This document shows, in pieces, positions 17,557 through 25,488 of a DNA stretch of 52,686 nucleotides. The notes under the pieces were generated by a model. The model made no database searches. It saw only the letters and a program-made list of their open reading frames with translations, and was not told the origin of the DNA. The stretch comes from Candidatus Xenobia bacterium (GTDB lineage: Bacteria > Vulcanimicrobiota > Xenobia > Xenobiales > QWHO01). Both the position numbers and the translations under genes were made by a program. The stretch's first letter is position 1; every line of letters begins with the position of its first letter. The stretch is from contig BTUM01000056.1 in assembly GCA_045863235.1 (NCBI GenBank), positions 1-52,686 of the forward strand, read 5' to 3'.

Positions 17557-18695
17557 CGATAGGTGATGCGATACACCTTGCCGGCGTAATCGTCGGAAAC
17601 GAGCACCGAGCCGTCGCTCAGCTCTTGCAGATCGACCGGCCGGCCGGAAACCCTGCGACCTTGCAGCCAGCCGTGAGCGAAAACGGTGGCCCGCGAGCCC
17701 TGCACGGTGACCACCCGGTAGCCCAGCGGCGTGGAGCGGTTCCAGGAGCCGTGTTGAGCGATGAAGGCCTGGTTCTTGTAGGCAGCCGGGAACATCGACC
17801 CTCGGTAGAATCGCATTCCCAGCGGGGCCACGTGGGCCTCCATGAGCACGGCCGCAGGGGTGAAGGTCAGCCCCGCGGGGGCCCGGTTGCCCCACTCGGG
17901 GTCTTTCTGGTTGTTGCCAAAACGGTAGGGGAAGCCGAAATGCTGGCCCACCCGGGTAAGGCGGTTGAGCTCCTCGGGAGGCAGGTCGTCGCCGAGCATG
18001 TCGCGCCCGTTGTCGGTGAAGTAGAGCTCGCGGCTGACCGGATGCCAGTCGAAGCCCATGCTGTTGCGAATGCCGCGGGCCAGAATCTCGAAGCCCTGGC
18101 CATCGCTCTTGAGGCGAGCCAGCGTGCCGTAGGGATCCTCCACCTCGCCGGCGTTGGTGGGAGCGCCCAGCGAGACGTAGAGCAGGCCGTCGGGGCCGAA
18201 GCGTAGCACGCGATAACCATGGTGGCGCTCGGGCGGTAGATTGCGTACCAGCACCGGGTTGGGCGGGACACCGAGCGTGCGGGCCAGGGCCGGGTAGCGA
18301 CGGATGCGGTCCACCTCAGCCACGTAGACGTCGTCGCCCTGAACCGCCACGCCATTGGGACCGTTGAGACCGTCGAGCACTTTGACCACCCGGTCGGCCT
18401 TGAAGTCGCGGTTGGCGTCAGGGATCGCGTAGACGGCCTTACCCATGGTGCCCACCCAGACGGTGCCGCGCTCGTCCACGGTCAGGTGGCGAGCTCCGGG
18501 GACCTCGGCGTAGAGCTCGAGGCGAAAGCCGGGGGGAAGCTGGACGGCTCCCTGGGCCAGAGATCCGCCCAGGAGCAAGGCCAGGAGGACCAGGGTGGCG
18601 GGCAGGGCTGCAGCCTGACCGGGTCGAGGGTCAAAAGACAGCTGGGGGCCTCCTGGGAAAACGGCCACAAATCCCCTCGGGACCTGAAGGTCCAC
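17550..18695 (-). CDS. PQQ-dependent glucose/sorbosone dehydrogenase family protein (start uncertain)
   Basis: FGPDGLLYVSLG, GIRNSMGFDWHP, DNGRDMLGDDLPPEELN, HGSWNR, GRPVD, VSDDYAG; hydrophobic signal-like segment. Confidence 0.9.
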   Translation of the reverse strand: MDLQVPRGFVAVFPGGPQLSFDPRPGQAAALPATLVLLALLLGGSLAQGAVQLPPGFRLELYAEVPGARHLTVDERGTVWVGTMGKAVYAIPDANRDFKADRVVKVLDGLNGPNGVAVQGDDVYVAEVDRIRRYPALARTLGVPPNPVLVRNLPPERHHGYRVLRFGPDGLLYVSLGAPTNAGEVEDPYGTLARLKSDGQGFEILARGIRNSMGFDWHPVSRELYFTDNGRDMLGDDLPPEELNRLTRVGQHFGFPYRFGNNQKDPEWGNRAPAGLTFTPAAVLMEAHVAPLGMRFYRGSMFPAAYKNQAFIAQHGSWNRSTPLGYRVVTVQGSRATVFAHGWLQGRRVSGRPVDLQELSDGSVLVSDDYAGKVYRITYRR

Positions 18696-18767
18696 AAGTC
18701 CTTGCTGAGGGGCCCTGGGCCTTTCCTGCAGCCTGAGCCTGATACCCGCTCGGGCGCTGGACGTGCC

Positions 18768-19235
18768 TCACCAGTTGGACCGCAGGCGCGCTCGGGTCCG
18801 GATCTCTTCGATCAGCTCATCGAAGTTCTCATAGGAGCGAGGGATGTGCAGGGTCCCCTGGCGGTCACGCAGGACCAGTTCGAGGGTGGTGCCCACCTCG
18901 CTCAGCTCGGCGATGTCGCGCCAGGCCACCCGGCGTTCGTTGCCGCCCTCCTCGAAGACCAGCTCGTCGTCGGTCAGGACGACCCGGGAGCGGCCACTGC
19001 GGCGCCACCCTCGGAAAGGGGCGGCGGCCCCCCCGATCATGACGATCCCCATCACCGCCCAGATCGCGCCCGCCTGGGTCTGCTGTCGAGAGCGGTAGCC
19101 GCGGCTCTGCGGAGGCTCCATCATGGTGGCCACTCCGACCACCACGACAAATCCCCCCACCAGCACCAGGGCCACCACGGCCAGAAAATAGAGCAGGCGA
19201 GTGCCGGGCGCGAAATCGAAGCTCTTCGGCTGCAT
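18768..19235 (-). CDS. Membrane protein with two TM helices and a PH-like C-terminal domain
   Basis: Two hydrophobic segments then VVLTDDELVF...RVAWRDI; start reset to ATG 19235 to avoid overlap with the opposite gene. Confidence 0.65.
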   Translation of the reverse strand: MQPKSFDFAPGTRLLYFLAVVALVLVGGFVVVVGVATMMEPPQSRGYRSRQQTQAGAIWAVMGIVMIGGAAAPFRGWRRSGRSRVVLTDDELVFEEGGNERRVAWRDIAELSEVGTTLELVLRDRQGTLHIPRSYENFDELIEEIRTRARLRSNW

Positions 19236-19299
19236 CCTCAAGATTTCCACCTTGCGCTCGCAGGTCCTGGCGGGCTCCCCGCGGAATCGGCCCGGCGCC

Positions 19300-20529
19300 A
19301 TGACGAAACTCGTCCTCTTCTTCGCTCCCCTGTTCACCGACAACGCGCTCCACCTGCTGGCCTCGGTCAGCACGATGGAGGGGGCGCGCACCGCCCTGGT
19401 GAGCCAGGACGCGCTCGACAACCTGCCCCGCGAGCTGCAACGGCACCTGGTGGGGCACTGGCAGGTGGCCGACATCCTCGACAGCGACGAGCTGACCCGG
19501 GCCGCCTCCGGGCTGCAGTCACAGCTGGGCCGGGTGGACGTCTTGATGTCGGCCAACGAGCAGATCCAGATTCCCGTGGCCACCGTCCGCGAGCGACTGG
19601 GAATCGCGGGCATGGGGGTGGAGGTCACCCGCAACTTCCGCGACAAAGCCCAGATGAAGGAGCGGTTCCGCGAGGCCGGGGTGCCCTGCGCCCGCCACTG
19701 CAAGGCCACCAGCGAGGACGACGCCTGGGCCTTCGTCCAGGAGGTGGGCTTTCCGCTCTGCATCAAGCCGGTGGACAGCGCGGCCACCCAGGCCACCTAC
19801 CGGGTGGAGTCGTCCCAGGCTCTGCGCGAGCTCTTGCGCGCCTCCACGCCCCGACCCGACCGGCCGCTGCAGATCGAGGAGTTCGTGGTGGGGGCCGAGC
19901 ACTCGTTTGAGACCTTCAGCCTCAAGGGCAAGCACCTGTGGCACTCGCTCACGCGCTATCTGCCCAATCCGCTGGACGTGGTGCGCAACCCCTGGATCCA
20001 GTGGCGCATCGTGTTGCCCCGGGAGGTGGACAGCCCCGAGTACGACGACATCCGCGAGGTGGGCAAGAAAGCGCTGGACGCGCTGGGAGCGCGCACCTGC
20101 CTGACCCACCTGGAGTGGTTTCGCCGCCCGAACGGGACCATCGCCGTGGGCGAGGTGGCGGCCCGGCCGCCGGGGGCGCAGCTCTTGACCTTGATGAACC
20201 GGGCCCACGACATCGACGTTTACCGGATGTGGGCGCGCTTGATGATCTTCCACGAATTCAAGGTGCCCAAGGAGCGGAAGTACTCGGCCGGAGTTGCCTT
20301 CCTTCGTGGCCTGGGGGGCAACCGGGTCAAGTGTGTGCACGGACTGGACCGGGTGCTCTCCGAGCTCGGGCCCATGGTGACCGACCTCAAGCGCCCCCAA
20401 CCGGGCGACTGGGCCAGCCACCTTTACGAGGGACAGGGATACGTGGTGCTGCGCCACCCCGAAACGGCAGTGGTAGAGTCAGCCCTGGAGTATGTGATCA
20501 ATCAGGTGCAGGTGGAAATGCTGCTGTGA
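19300..20529 (+). CDS. ATP-grasp domain protein
   Basis: FRDKAQMKERFREAGVP, GFPLCIKP, IEEFVVGAEHS, HLEWF, EVAARPPG. Confidence 0.88.
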   Translation: MTKLVLFFAPLFTDNALHLLASVSTMEGARTALVSQDALDNLPRELQRHLVGHWQVADILDSDELTRAASGLQSQLGRVDVLMSANEQIQIPVATVRERLGIAGMGVEVTRNFRDKAQMKERFREAGVPCARHCKATSEDDAWAFVQEVGFPLCIKPVDSAATQATYRVESSQALRELLRASTPRPDRPLQIEEFVVGAEHSFETFSLKGKHLWHSLTRYLPNPLDVVRNPWIQWRIVLPREVDSPEYDDIREVGKKALDALGARTCLTHLEWFRRPNGTIAVGEVAARPPGAQLLTLMNRAHDIDVYRMWARLMIFHEFKVPKERKYSAGVAFLRGLGGNRVKCVHGLDRVLSELGPMVTDLKRPQPGDWASHLYEGQGYVVLRHPETAVVESALEYVINQVQVEMLL

Positions 20530-20545
20530 GGCCCTCTCTATCACC

Positions 20546-21763
20546 TCAAGGCTGCACGCCGATGATCGAGAAAGTGGACGTACTCGGGTCGTTGCGTTGC
20601 ACCCATAGATAGCCATCGTCATCGGCGTTCAGGTTGCTCAGATTGGTGGCGTAGGTCGTGGGGTTCTGGTTCTGGTAGGAGAGGGCTGGGACCGGCGGCA
20701 GGGCGCTCCAGGAGCCAGCGGTCGAGCCCGGGGCGGCGGTATCGAACTTGTAGATGACCGAGGCTTCTCCCGGCTGGTTGGAGGCCACGAACACATCGCC
20801 CGAGCTGTCGACCGCCAAGCCACCGGTGAAGTTGGGCGGGGCTCCCCCGCTCGTGAGCGCGGCTCCGGTAAGGGGGTCGTAGTGGGCGGGCACCGGAGCC
20901 GGCAGGGCCGACCAGCGCTTCGTCGTGAGGTCACAGATCTGGACACCTTCCTGGCTCCCATCCGAGGCGGTGGCGTAGGCGAAACTCTGCCCGGTGGGAT
21001 GAGCGGCCACGTTGGTGAGGCTGGTTCCCGCCGGAGCGGCCACCTGAGTCCAGTTCAAGCTGGTGCCCAGCGGCAGGACCATCAGCGTGTTGTCGGACCC
21101 TCGGCCGACCAGGCGGATGTCCCCTCCGACCGAGAGGGAAGTCAGGGAGACCCCGGCGGGTGTGTCGGGCATCTGCCGCCAGCCCTGGCCCGTGCGGTAG
21201 CGCCAGAGGATGTTGTTGGTGGGCCCCTGGGTCAGGGCGAAGACATCCAGGTTGGGTGCCCCGGCCGTGGCGATAATCTTGTTCTGCCCGGGAATCGGGG
21301 GCAGGGGATGCCAGCCGCTGGTGCTCTTCGAGGTCCAGGCGATCAAGTCCGGGCCTCCGGAGAGCGCGGGAGTGATCGAGAGAACCTGGGTGTCACTTTC
21401 GTTGAGCCGGAGCAGAGGCACGTCCAGGTGGGCCGATTGGGCGCCGATCCGGGCCTCGCTGCGCAGCATCATCTGACTGTTGGTGACTTCCGCCCAGCAC
21501 TCCGCGCCCGGGGTGGTGGTGGTGTCGGCGTTGGACCGGCCGTTGTGGGCGGTCAGCCAGGCCGGATTGGTGTTGACCTGGGCCAGGCTGCGGTTGATGG
21601 CGGTCTTGGCCAGATAGTAGCACTCCGATTTTCGGTAACTGAACTTCACCGCCCCCGACTGAAAGTTGGCCCGAGCGGTGGCGGCTATGGCCCACAGCAT
21701 CATGATCATCGCCACCACGAGCGCGATGAACAGGATCATACCGGTTCGTCGTCTTCTGACCAT
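20546..21763 (-). CDS. PilX-like minor pilin with a repeat-rich (propeller-like) C-terminal domain
   Basis: RRRTG-MILFIAL without Glu5, CYYLAKTAI; repeated W-x-x-L-P-P units. Confidence 0.7.
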   Translation of the reverse strand: MVRRRRTGMILFIALVVAMIMMLWAIAATARANFQSGAVKFSYRKSECYYLAKTAINRSLAQVNTNPAWLTAHNGRSNADTTTTPGAECWAEVTNSQMMLRSEARIGAQSAHLDVPLLRLNESDTQVLSITPALSGGPDLIAWTSKSTSGWHPLPPIPGQNKIIATAGAPNLDVFALTQGPTNNILWRYRTGQGWRQMPDTPAGVSLTSLSVGGDIRLVGRGSDNTLMVLPLGTSLNWTQVAAPAGTSLTNVAAHPTGQSFAYATASDGSQEGVQICDLTTKRWSALPAPVPAHYDPLTGAALTSGGAPPNFTGGLAVDSSGDVFVASNQPGEASVIYKFDTAAPGSTAGSWSALPPVPALSYQNQNPTTYATNLSNLNADDDGYLWVQRNDPSTSTFSIIGVQP

Positions 21764-21772
21764 GGTCTGCTC

Positions 21773-22333
21773 CTACTCGTTGTTCGTCAGGTAGATCTCA
21801 ACGTGAAACTTTTGCATGCTATCTCGGGTGACCTTGAACTGGTCCCTCTGGCCCAGCTCCCCCGACAGGGTCAGGGTCCGCAGGCCCGGTGACCAGTTAA
21901 AGACGATCCGGCCATCGGGGCCTACCGGCGCCAGGCGGGACGTGGTGCCCTGGAAGCTCTTCCAGAGCATTCCCGTGTTGACATACATCGTTGCTACGTC
22001 CGGATCGGCCGGATACCCGGGCAGCCAGTCGGCGAGGCCCTTGGGGGTGAGCTGAGGCCCGGCGTTTGTTCGGCGCAGGATCCAGTACTGCAATCGGCCG
22101 CTCGGATCCACGCCGACGACCCGACCCGAGCGCATCTCCTGACGCACCTTCTCGAACACCAGCAGGACCTCCGAAGTGGCGTCGGTGCGGCTGGAGATCT
22201 TCTCAGAAGCTCGCTGGTTCTGCAGCATCAGGGCCAGCACCACCGTGGTCATGCCCATGAAAATCCCCACGGTCACCATGACCTCGAGCAGGGTCAGACC
22301 CTCAGTAGTTGTAGAACGTGCTCGCGAGCGCAT
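21773..22333 (-). CDS. Type IV minor pilin, PilW-like
   Basis: EG-LTLLEVMVTVGIF; VRQEMRSG. Confidence 0.8.
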   Translation of the reverse strand: MRSRARSTTTEGLTLLEVMVTVGIFMGMTTVVLALMLQNQRASEKISSRTDATSEVLLVFEKVRQEMRSGRVVGVDPSGRLQYWILRRTNAGPQLTPKGLADWLPGYPADPDVATMYVNTGMLWKSFQGTTSRLAPVGPDGRIVFNWSPGLRTLTLSGELGQRDQFKVTRDSMQKFHVEIYLTNNE

Positions 22334-22706
22334 AGTCCCGGGGTACACCTTTCTCTTGCCAGAACACGCGGATTCGGATGGCCCGCAGAGTTCGGCCCGT
22401 ATCCTCGTAGCCCAGATCCTCCACCACATAGTCAAAGGTGGGAAACTGGGTGGAAGTCATGCGCGGGGTGTTGATGTCGACCGGGGGAGCGTGGAAGTTG
22501 ATCTTGAGCAGCGACTCGGCCAGGGCCATCTGGCTGCAGGCCAGCTGATTAGCGATTTGACGGTTTTGATTTCCTTGCGTGGCCGTCAGAGTGTAAGCGT
22601 TGACGCTGATGATGGCAAAAAGCGCGAGGGTGAGAACCACCATCGCGACCATGGTTTCGGTCAGGGTGAAACCAGTCGAGCCCTTAGAACTCGCCGACCG
22701 GCACAT
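22302..22706 (-). CDS. Type IV minor pilin, PilV-like
   Basis: TG-FTLTETMVAMVVL; C-terminal LRAIRIRVFW. Confidence 0.85.
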   Translation of the reverse strand: MCRSASSKGSTGFTLTETMVAMVVLTLALFAIISVNAYTLTATQGNQNRQIANQLACSQMALAESLLKINFHAPPVDINTPRMTSTQFPTFDYVVEDLGYEDTGRTLRAIRIRVFWQEKGVPRDYALASTFYNY

Positions 22707-23130
22707 ACCGCACCGTTCCTACTGGAAGGCCGGGCCCTATCCCCATGCCGATCTGCCCGGTAGTGAACGTCGGTTGCTCGATGAATTTCAGGGCCGCCTG
22801 TCGGTAGCTGAAATCGGGCCGGTCCTCGACGACCGAATAGCCCGTCAATGGGCCCGGAGCCGTCACATTCGGAACGGGAGCGACGACCGAAGGACTCACA
22901 ACCAGAGGACTCGCCTTTGCAGATGTAGTTCTGAGCGAGGCCGTCTTCATCAAGCTACGAACAGGCATGCTCTTGGCCGGGACCGACTGAACATTGGACG
23001 GAGCGCTGGCTCCCCCGCTCATAGAGCTCATGCTCAGGCTCTTTCCGCTCAGAGTCGGCGCGGCACCCGAGCCGTTGGAGCCCAGGGCGAAGAGCACGAG
23101 TGCCCACAGCGCCACAGAAACACGCCTCAT
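22684..23130 (-). CDS. Secreted Ser/Pro-rich hypothetical protein heading the second pilin operon
   Basis: Signal peptide MRRVSVALWALVLFALG; GAGG RBS and promoter upstream. Confidence 0.6.
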   Translation of the reverse strand: MRRVSVALWALVLFALGSNGSGAAPTLSGKSLSMSSMSGGASAPSNVQSVPAKSMPVRSLMKTASLRTTSAKASPLVVSPSVVAPVPNVTAPGPLTGYSVVEDRPDFSYRQAALKFIEQPTFTTGQIGMGIGPGLPVGTVRYVPVGEF

Positions 23131-23157
23131 AGAAACCTCACCGCCCTTCCATCCTTG

Positions 23158-23209
23158 ATGTTACCATCTTTGGCGCCCACTTTCAAGATTTTGTAAAAAA
23201 AATGTTACA
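23158..23209 (-). promoter_or_regulatory. Sigma70-type promoter with upstream palindromic site
   Basis: Minus strand TTGAAA-17 bp-TAACAT with extended TG; TGTAA-N8-TTACA palindrome at 23192-23209. Confidence 0.6.
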
Positions 23210-23234
23210 GATGTGTTTCCAAAACATGAACACC

Positions 23235-24275
23235 CTACGGCTGGATCAGGTTGTAGATCGGAAGAAAGGCCGCCACCATAGTGGTCCCGATCACCACTCC
23301 CATGCAACCCATGAGCAGTGGCTCCAGGACGGCGGTGACCATGCCGACCTTGTCGTTGAGGTTGCTCTCGATCAGGTCGGCCACCCGGTAGAGACTGCGA
23401 TGGGTGTCGCCCAGCTCGTCGGAAACGGACAGCATCCCGGACAGGAAGGTGGGAAACACCGCCTGTCGCGAGAAGCTCTCACCCAGGAGCCCGCCCACTC
23501 GGACCTCGCGGCAGATCTGATCGTAAGCCTCCTTGACCAGGATGCTCTCCTGGCCCACTAGATAAGCATAGTTGAGCGCTTTGAGCAGAGGGATCCCGCA
23601 CTCGATCATCAGGGCCAGCTGCCGGATGCTGATCAGGACCCTGGTCTGGGCATAGAAATCCCCCATGGGGGTGTATTCCTCATACAACCGCCGGATGTGC
23701 GGGCCGACGACGGGATGACGGCTGGCGACGAACAGTGCCGCCACCGGAATCGCCGACAGGCAAAGGAGGATCAGCATTTTGGGGCTGGTCAAGAAGATCA
23801 GGGCGCGGGTGAGGGCCGGGGGCTCGACACCGGCGTCGGCAGTCACCTTGACGATCATGGGGAACACGAAGAAAAGGATCACGAACACCATGGCCGCGCA
23901 CGACACGAGCAGGAAGGTGGGATAGACCAGGGCGCTCTTGAGCGCGCGCGAGGTGCGGTTCTGCCGCTCCAGGGTGGCCGCCAGCCGGCGCAGGCAAGTG
24001 TCAATCGTTCCGGTGGCCTCGCCGATCTCCACCACCCGGTAATATTCGGGCGGAAAGCTCTCCGGCAAGCGCGCCAGGGATTTGGAGAAGGAGTGCCCGA
24101 CCTGAAGAGACGAGCTGAGGGCTCGGCAGGTCTCCCCCACGAGGCTGTCATCGCCCCGGCCCAGCGCATCCACCGCCGAGCCCAGCGTCATCCCGCAGCG
24201 GAGCAAAGTCTCCAGGCGGACCGTCAGCCCCAGGAGCTCTTCCGAGTTGAGACCTTTCCGGCGGAACCACTCCAC
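23235..24275 (-). CDS. Type II secretion F / PilC family platform protein
   Basis: Two GspF repeats: GEATG...LKSALVYP and DELG...LEPLLM...FLPIY. Confidence 0.92.
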   Translation of the reverse strand: MEWFRRKGLNSEELLGLTVRLETLLRCGMTLGSAVDALGRGDDSLVGETCRALSSSLQVGHSFSKSLARLPESFPPEYYRVVEIGEATGTIDTCLRRLAATLERQNRTSRALKSALVYPTFLLVSCAAMVFVILFFVFPMIVKVTADAGVEPPALTRALIFLTSPKMLILLCLSAIPVAALFVASRHPVVGPHIRRLYEEYTPMGDFYAQTRVLISIRQLALMIECGIPLLKALNYAYLVGQESILVKEAYDQICREVRVGGLLGESFSRQAVFPTFLSGMLSVSDELGDTHRSLYRVADLIESNLNDKVGMVTAVLEPLLMGCMGVVIGTTMVAAFLPIYNLIQP

Positions 24276-24439
24276 AAAGGAGTATTTCGCTTTGGACGCG
24301 AGTTCTCATTCCGGGAGACCCCGCCGTCTGTCTCGTCGGGCCAGCGCCATCACCACGGCAGCATTCGGACGTGTTCTGTTGCCGAGCTGCTGGATGCGCA
24401 GGGCAGGGAATCTCGTTTCGCCAGCCTAATTATGCGGCC

Positions 24440-24733
24440 GTGCGACGACTGGCTCTACTCGTTCTGCTGGCGGCTTTTCTGGCTCAGGCCTTCGAGCTTT
24501 GCTGCCTGAGCGAGCCCTGCTGCTGCTGCAGCGAGTCGACTCCCTGCGAGCACAGCCTGACGCTGTCTTCGGTGGAGCCTGCGGCTCTGCCTCAGAGCCA
24601 GGTCCGAGTGGAAGGCCCCGTCGAGACGGCAGCGACGCCGGCCGGGAGCCTCGCCCGGGACCCGGTGCCGAGCGCCCGACTTGCATCCAGACTCTTGCTG
24701 CGGGGGCCTCCCGCATCCCTTGCCTTGAACTGA
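24440..24733 (+). CDS. Secreted Cys-rich leader peptide with C-terminal RGPP motif (DUF2946/CutF/CruR-like)
   Basis: GTG start; signal peptide MRRLALLVLLAAFLAQA; CCLSEPCCCCSESTPCEH; ends LLLRGPPASLALN. Confidence 0.75.
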   Translation: MRRLALLVLLAAFLAQAFELCCLSEPCCCCSESTPCEHSLTLSSVEPAALPQSQVRVEGPVETAATPAGSLARDPVPSARLASRLLLRGPPASLALN

Positions 24734-24748
24734 ATTCAAAGCAAGGGA
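24716..24748 (+). promoter_or_regulatory. RBS-sequestering hairpin between the leader and downstream gene
   Basis: tcccttgccttgaa (24716-24729) pairs 13/14 with ttcaaagcaaggga (24735-24748), which contains most of the AAGGGAG RBS. Confidence 0.75.
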
Positions 24749-24758
24749 GAGAATCGTC

Positions 24759-25382
24759 ATGGACTTCAAGATCCTGGCGCTGGCCTTTTTGCTGGCGCTG
24801 AGCCTGCCCGTCCGGGCCCAGAGCAGCGTACCCTCCTGACCCGGCTGACCCGCTGAGGGCGCCCCGGTCCGGGGCGATGAAGACATAGCAGCCGCGCGCT
24901 GGACGTACTCGGTGCGTGTGATTCCCGGCGAGATCGATCGCGCCGCCTGGCGCAACACCCTGATGTACCGAGTGGGGGAAGATTTCCAACTGGGAGTGGA
25001 ATACAACCCGCTGGTGGGGCAGGTGGGACCGCTGGTCAACTGGCGCGTGATGCGCGAGTCGGACAGCCAGCCTGCCATCATCCTGGGCACCAGCTCGGAC
25101 CGCATCGGCACGCCCTACGGGCAGGCCTACTACCTGACCGTCAGCAAGGAGGTGACTGATGGGCTGAGCCTCTATGTGGGAGCCTCTTACAGCGAGTTCG
25201 AGGACAAGATCCTGTACCCGGCCGGAGCCACCTTCCAGATCGACGAAAACTGGGGCGGGATGGTGCTCTACGATGGGCGCAATTTCACGCCCGTCGCCAG
25301 CTACAGCTGGGATACCTACAGCCTGTCAGTGCTTGTGGCCCGCATGCGCCATCCGGGGGTGGCCTTCTCGGTCGGGTTTTAG
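24759..25382 (+). CDS. Putative selenoprotein: outer-membrane beta-barrel-like protein with N-terminal UxxU motif (207 aa with two Sec)
   Basis: ATG 24759 with RBS; signal peptide MDFKILALAFLLALSLPVRA; TGA at 24837 and 24846 in frame with ORF 24912-25382; alternating beta-strand pattern, ends VAFSVGF. Confidence 0.8.
24860..24876 (+). promoter_or_regulatory. Putative bacterial SECIS element
   Basis: Stem cgcccc/ggggcg with apical GGUCC, starting 11 nt after the second UGA. Confidence 0.7.
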
Positions 25383-25488
25383 GCTCTGAGTTGAGAATGA
25401 TGGGAGAATGCGTTGGAGGAACGACCTGGCCGATGGTCCTGAAGAGACGCGGCGATGCCCGCAGGATGAGCCCGGGCCAGCCTGAGGG

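Noticed and set aside
24759..24848. Pseudogene or alternative genetic code explanation for the two TGAs
   Set aside because: TGA ends many intact genes here (metK, cofH, xfp). Two independent nonsense changes in exact CxxC spacing next to a SECIS-like hairpin, with the rest of the frame intact, is less parsimonious. Not fully excluded without seeing the sel genes.
24912..25382. The 156-aa ORF as a complete gene starting at GTG 24912
   Set aside because: No RBS or signal peptide at that start; the in-frame ATG 24759 supplies both if the two TGAs are recoded.
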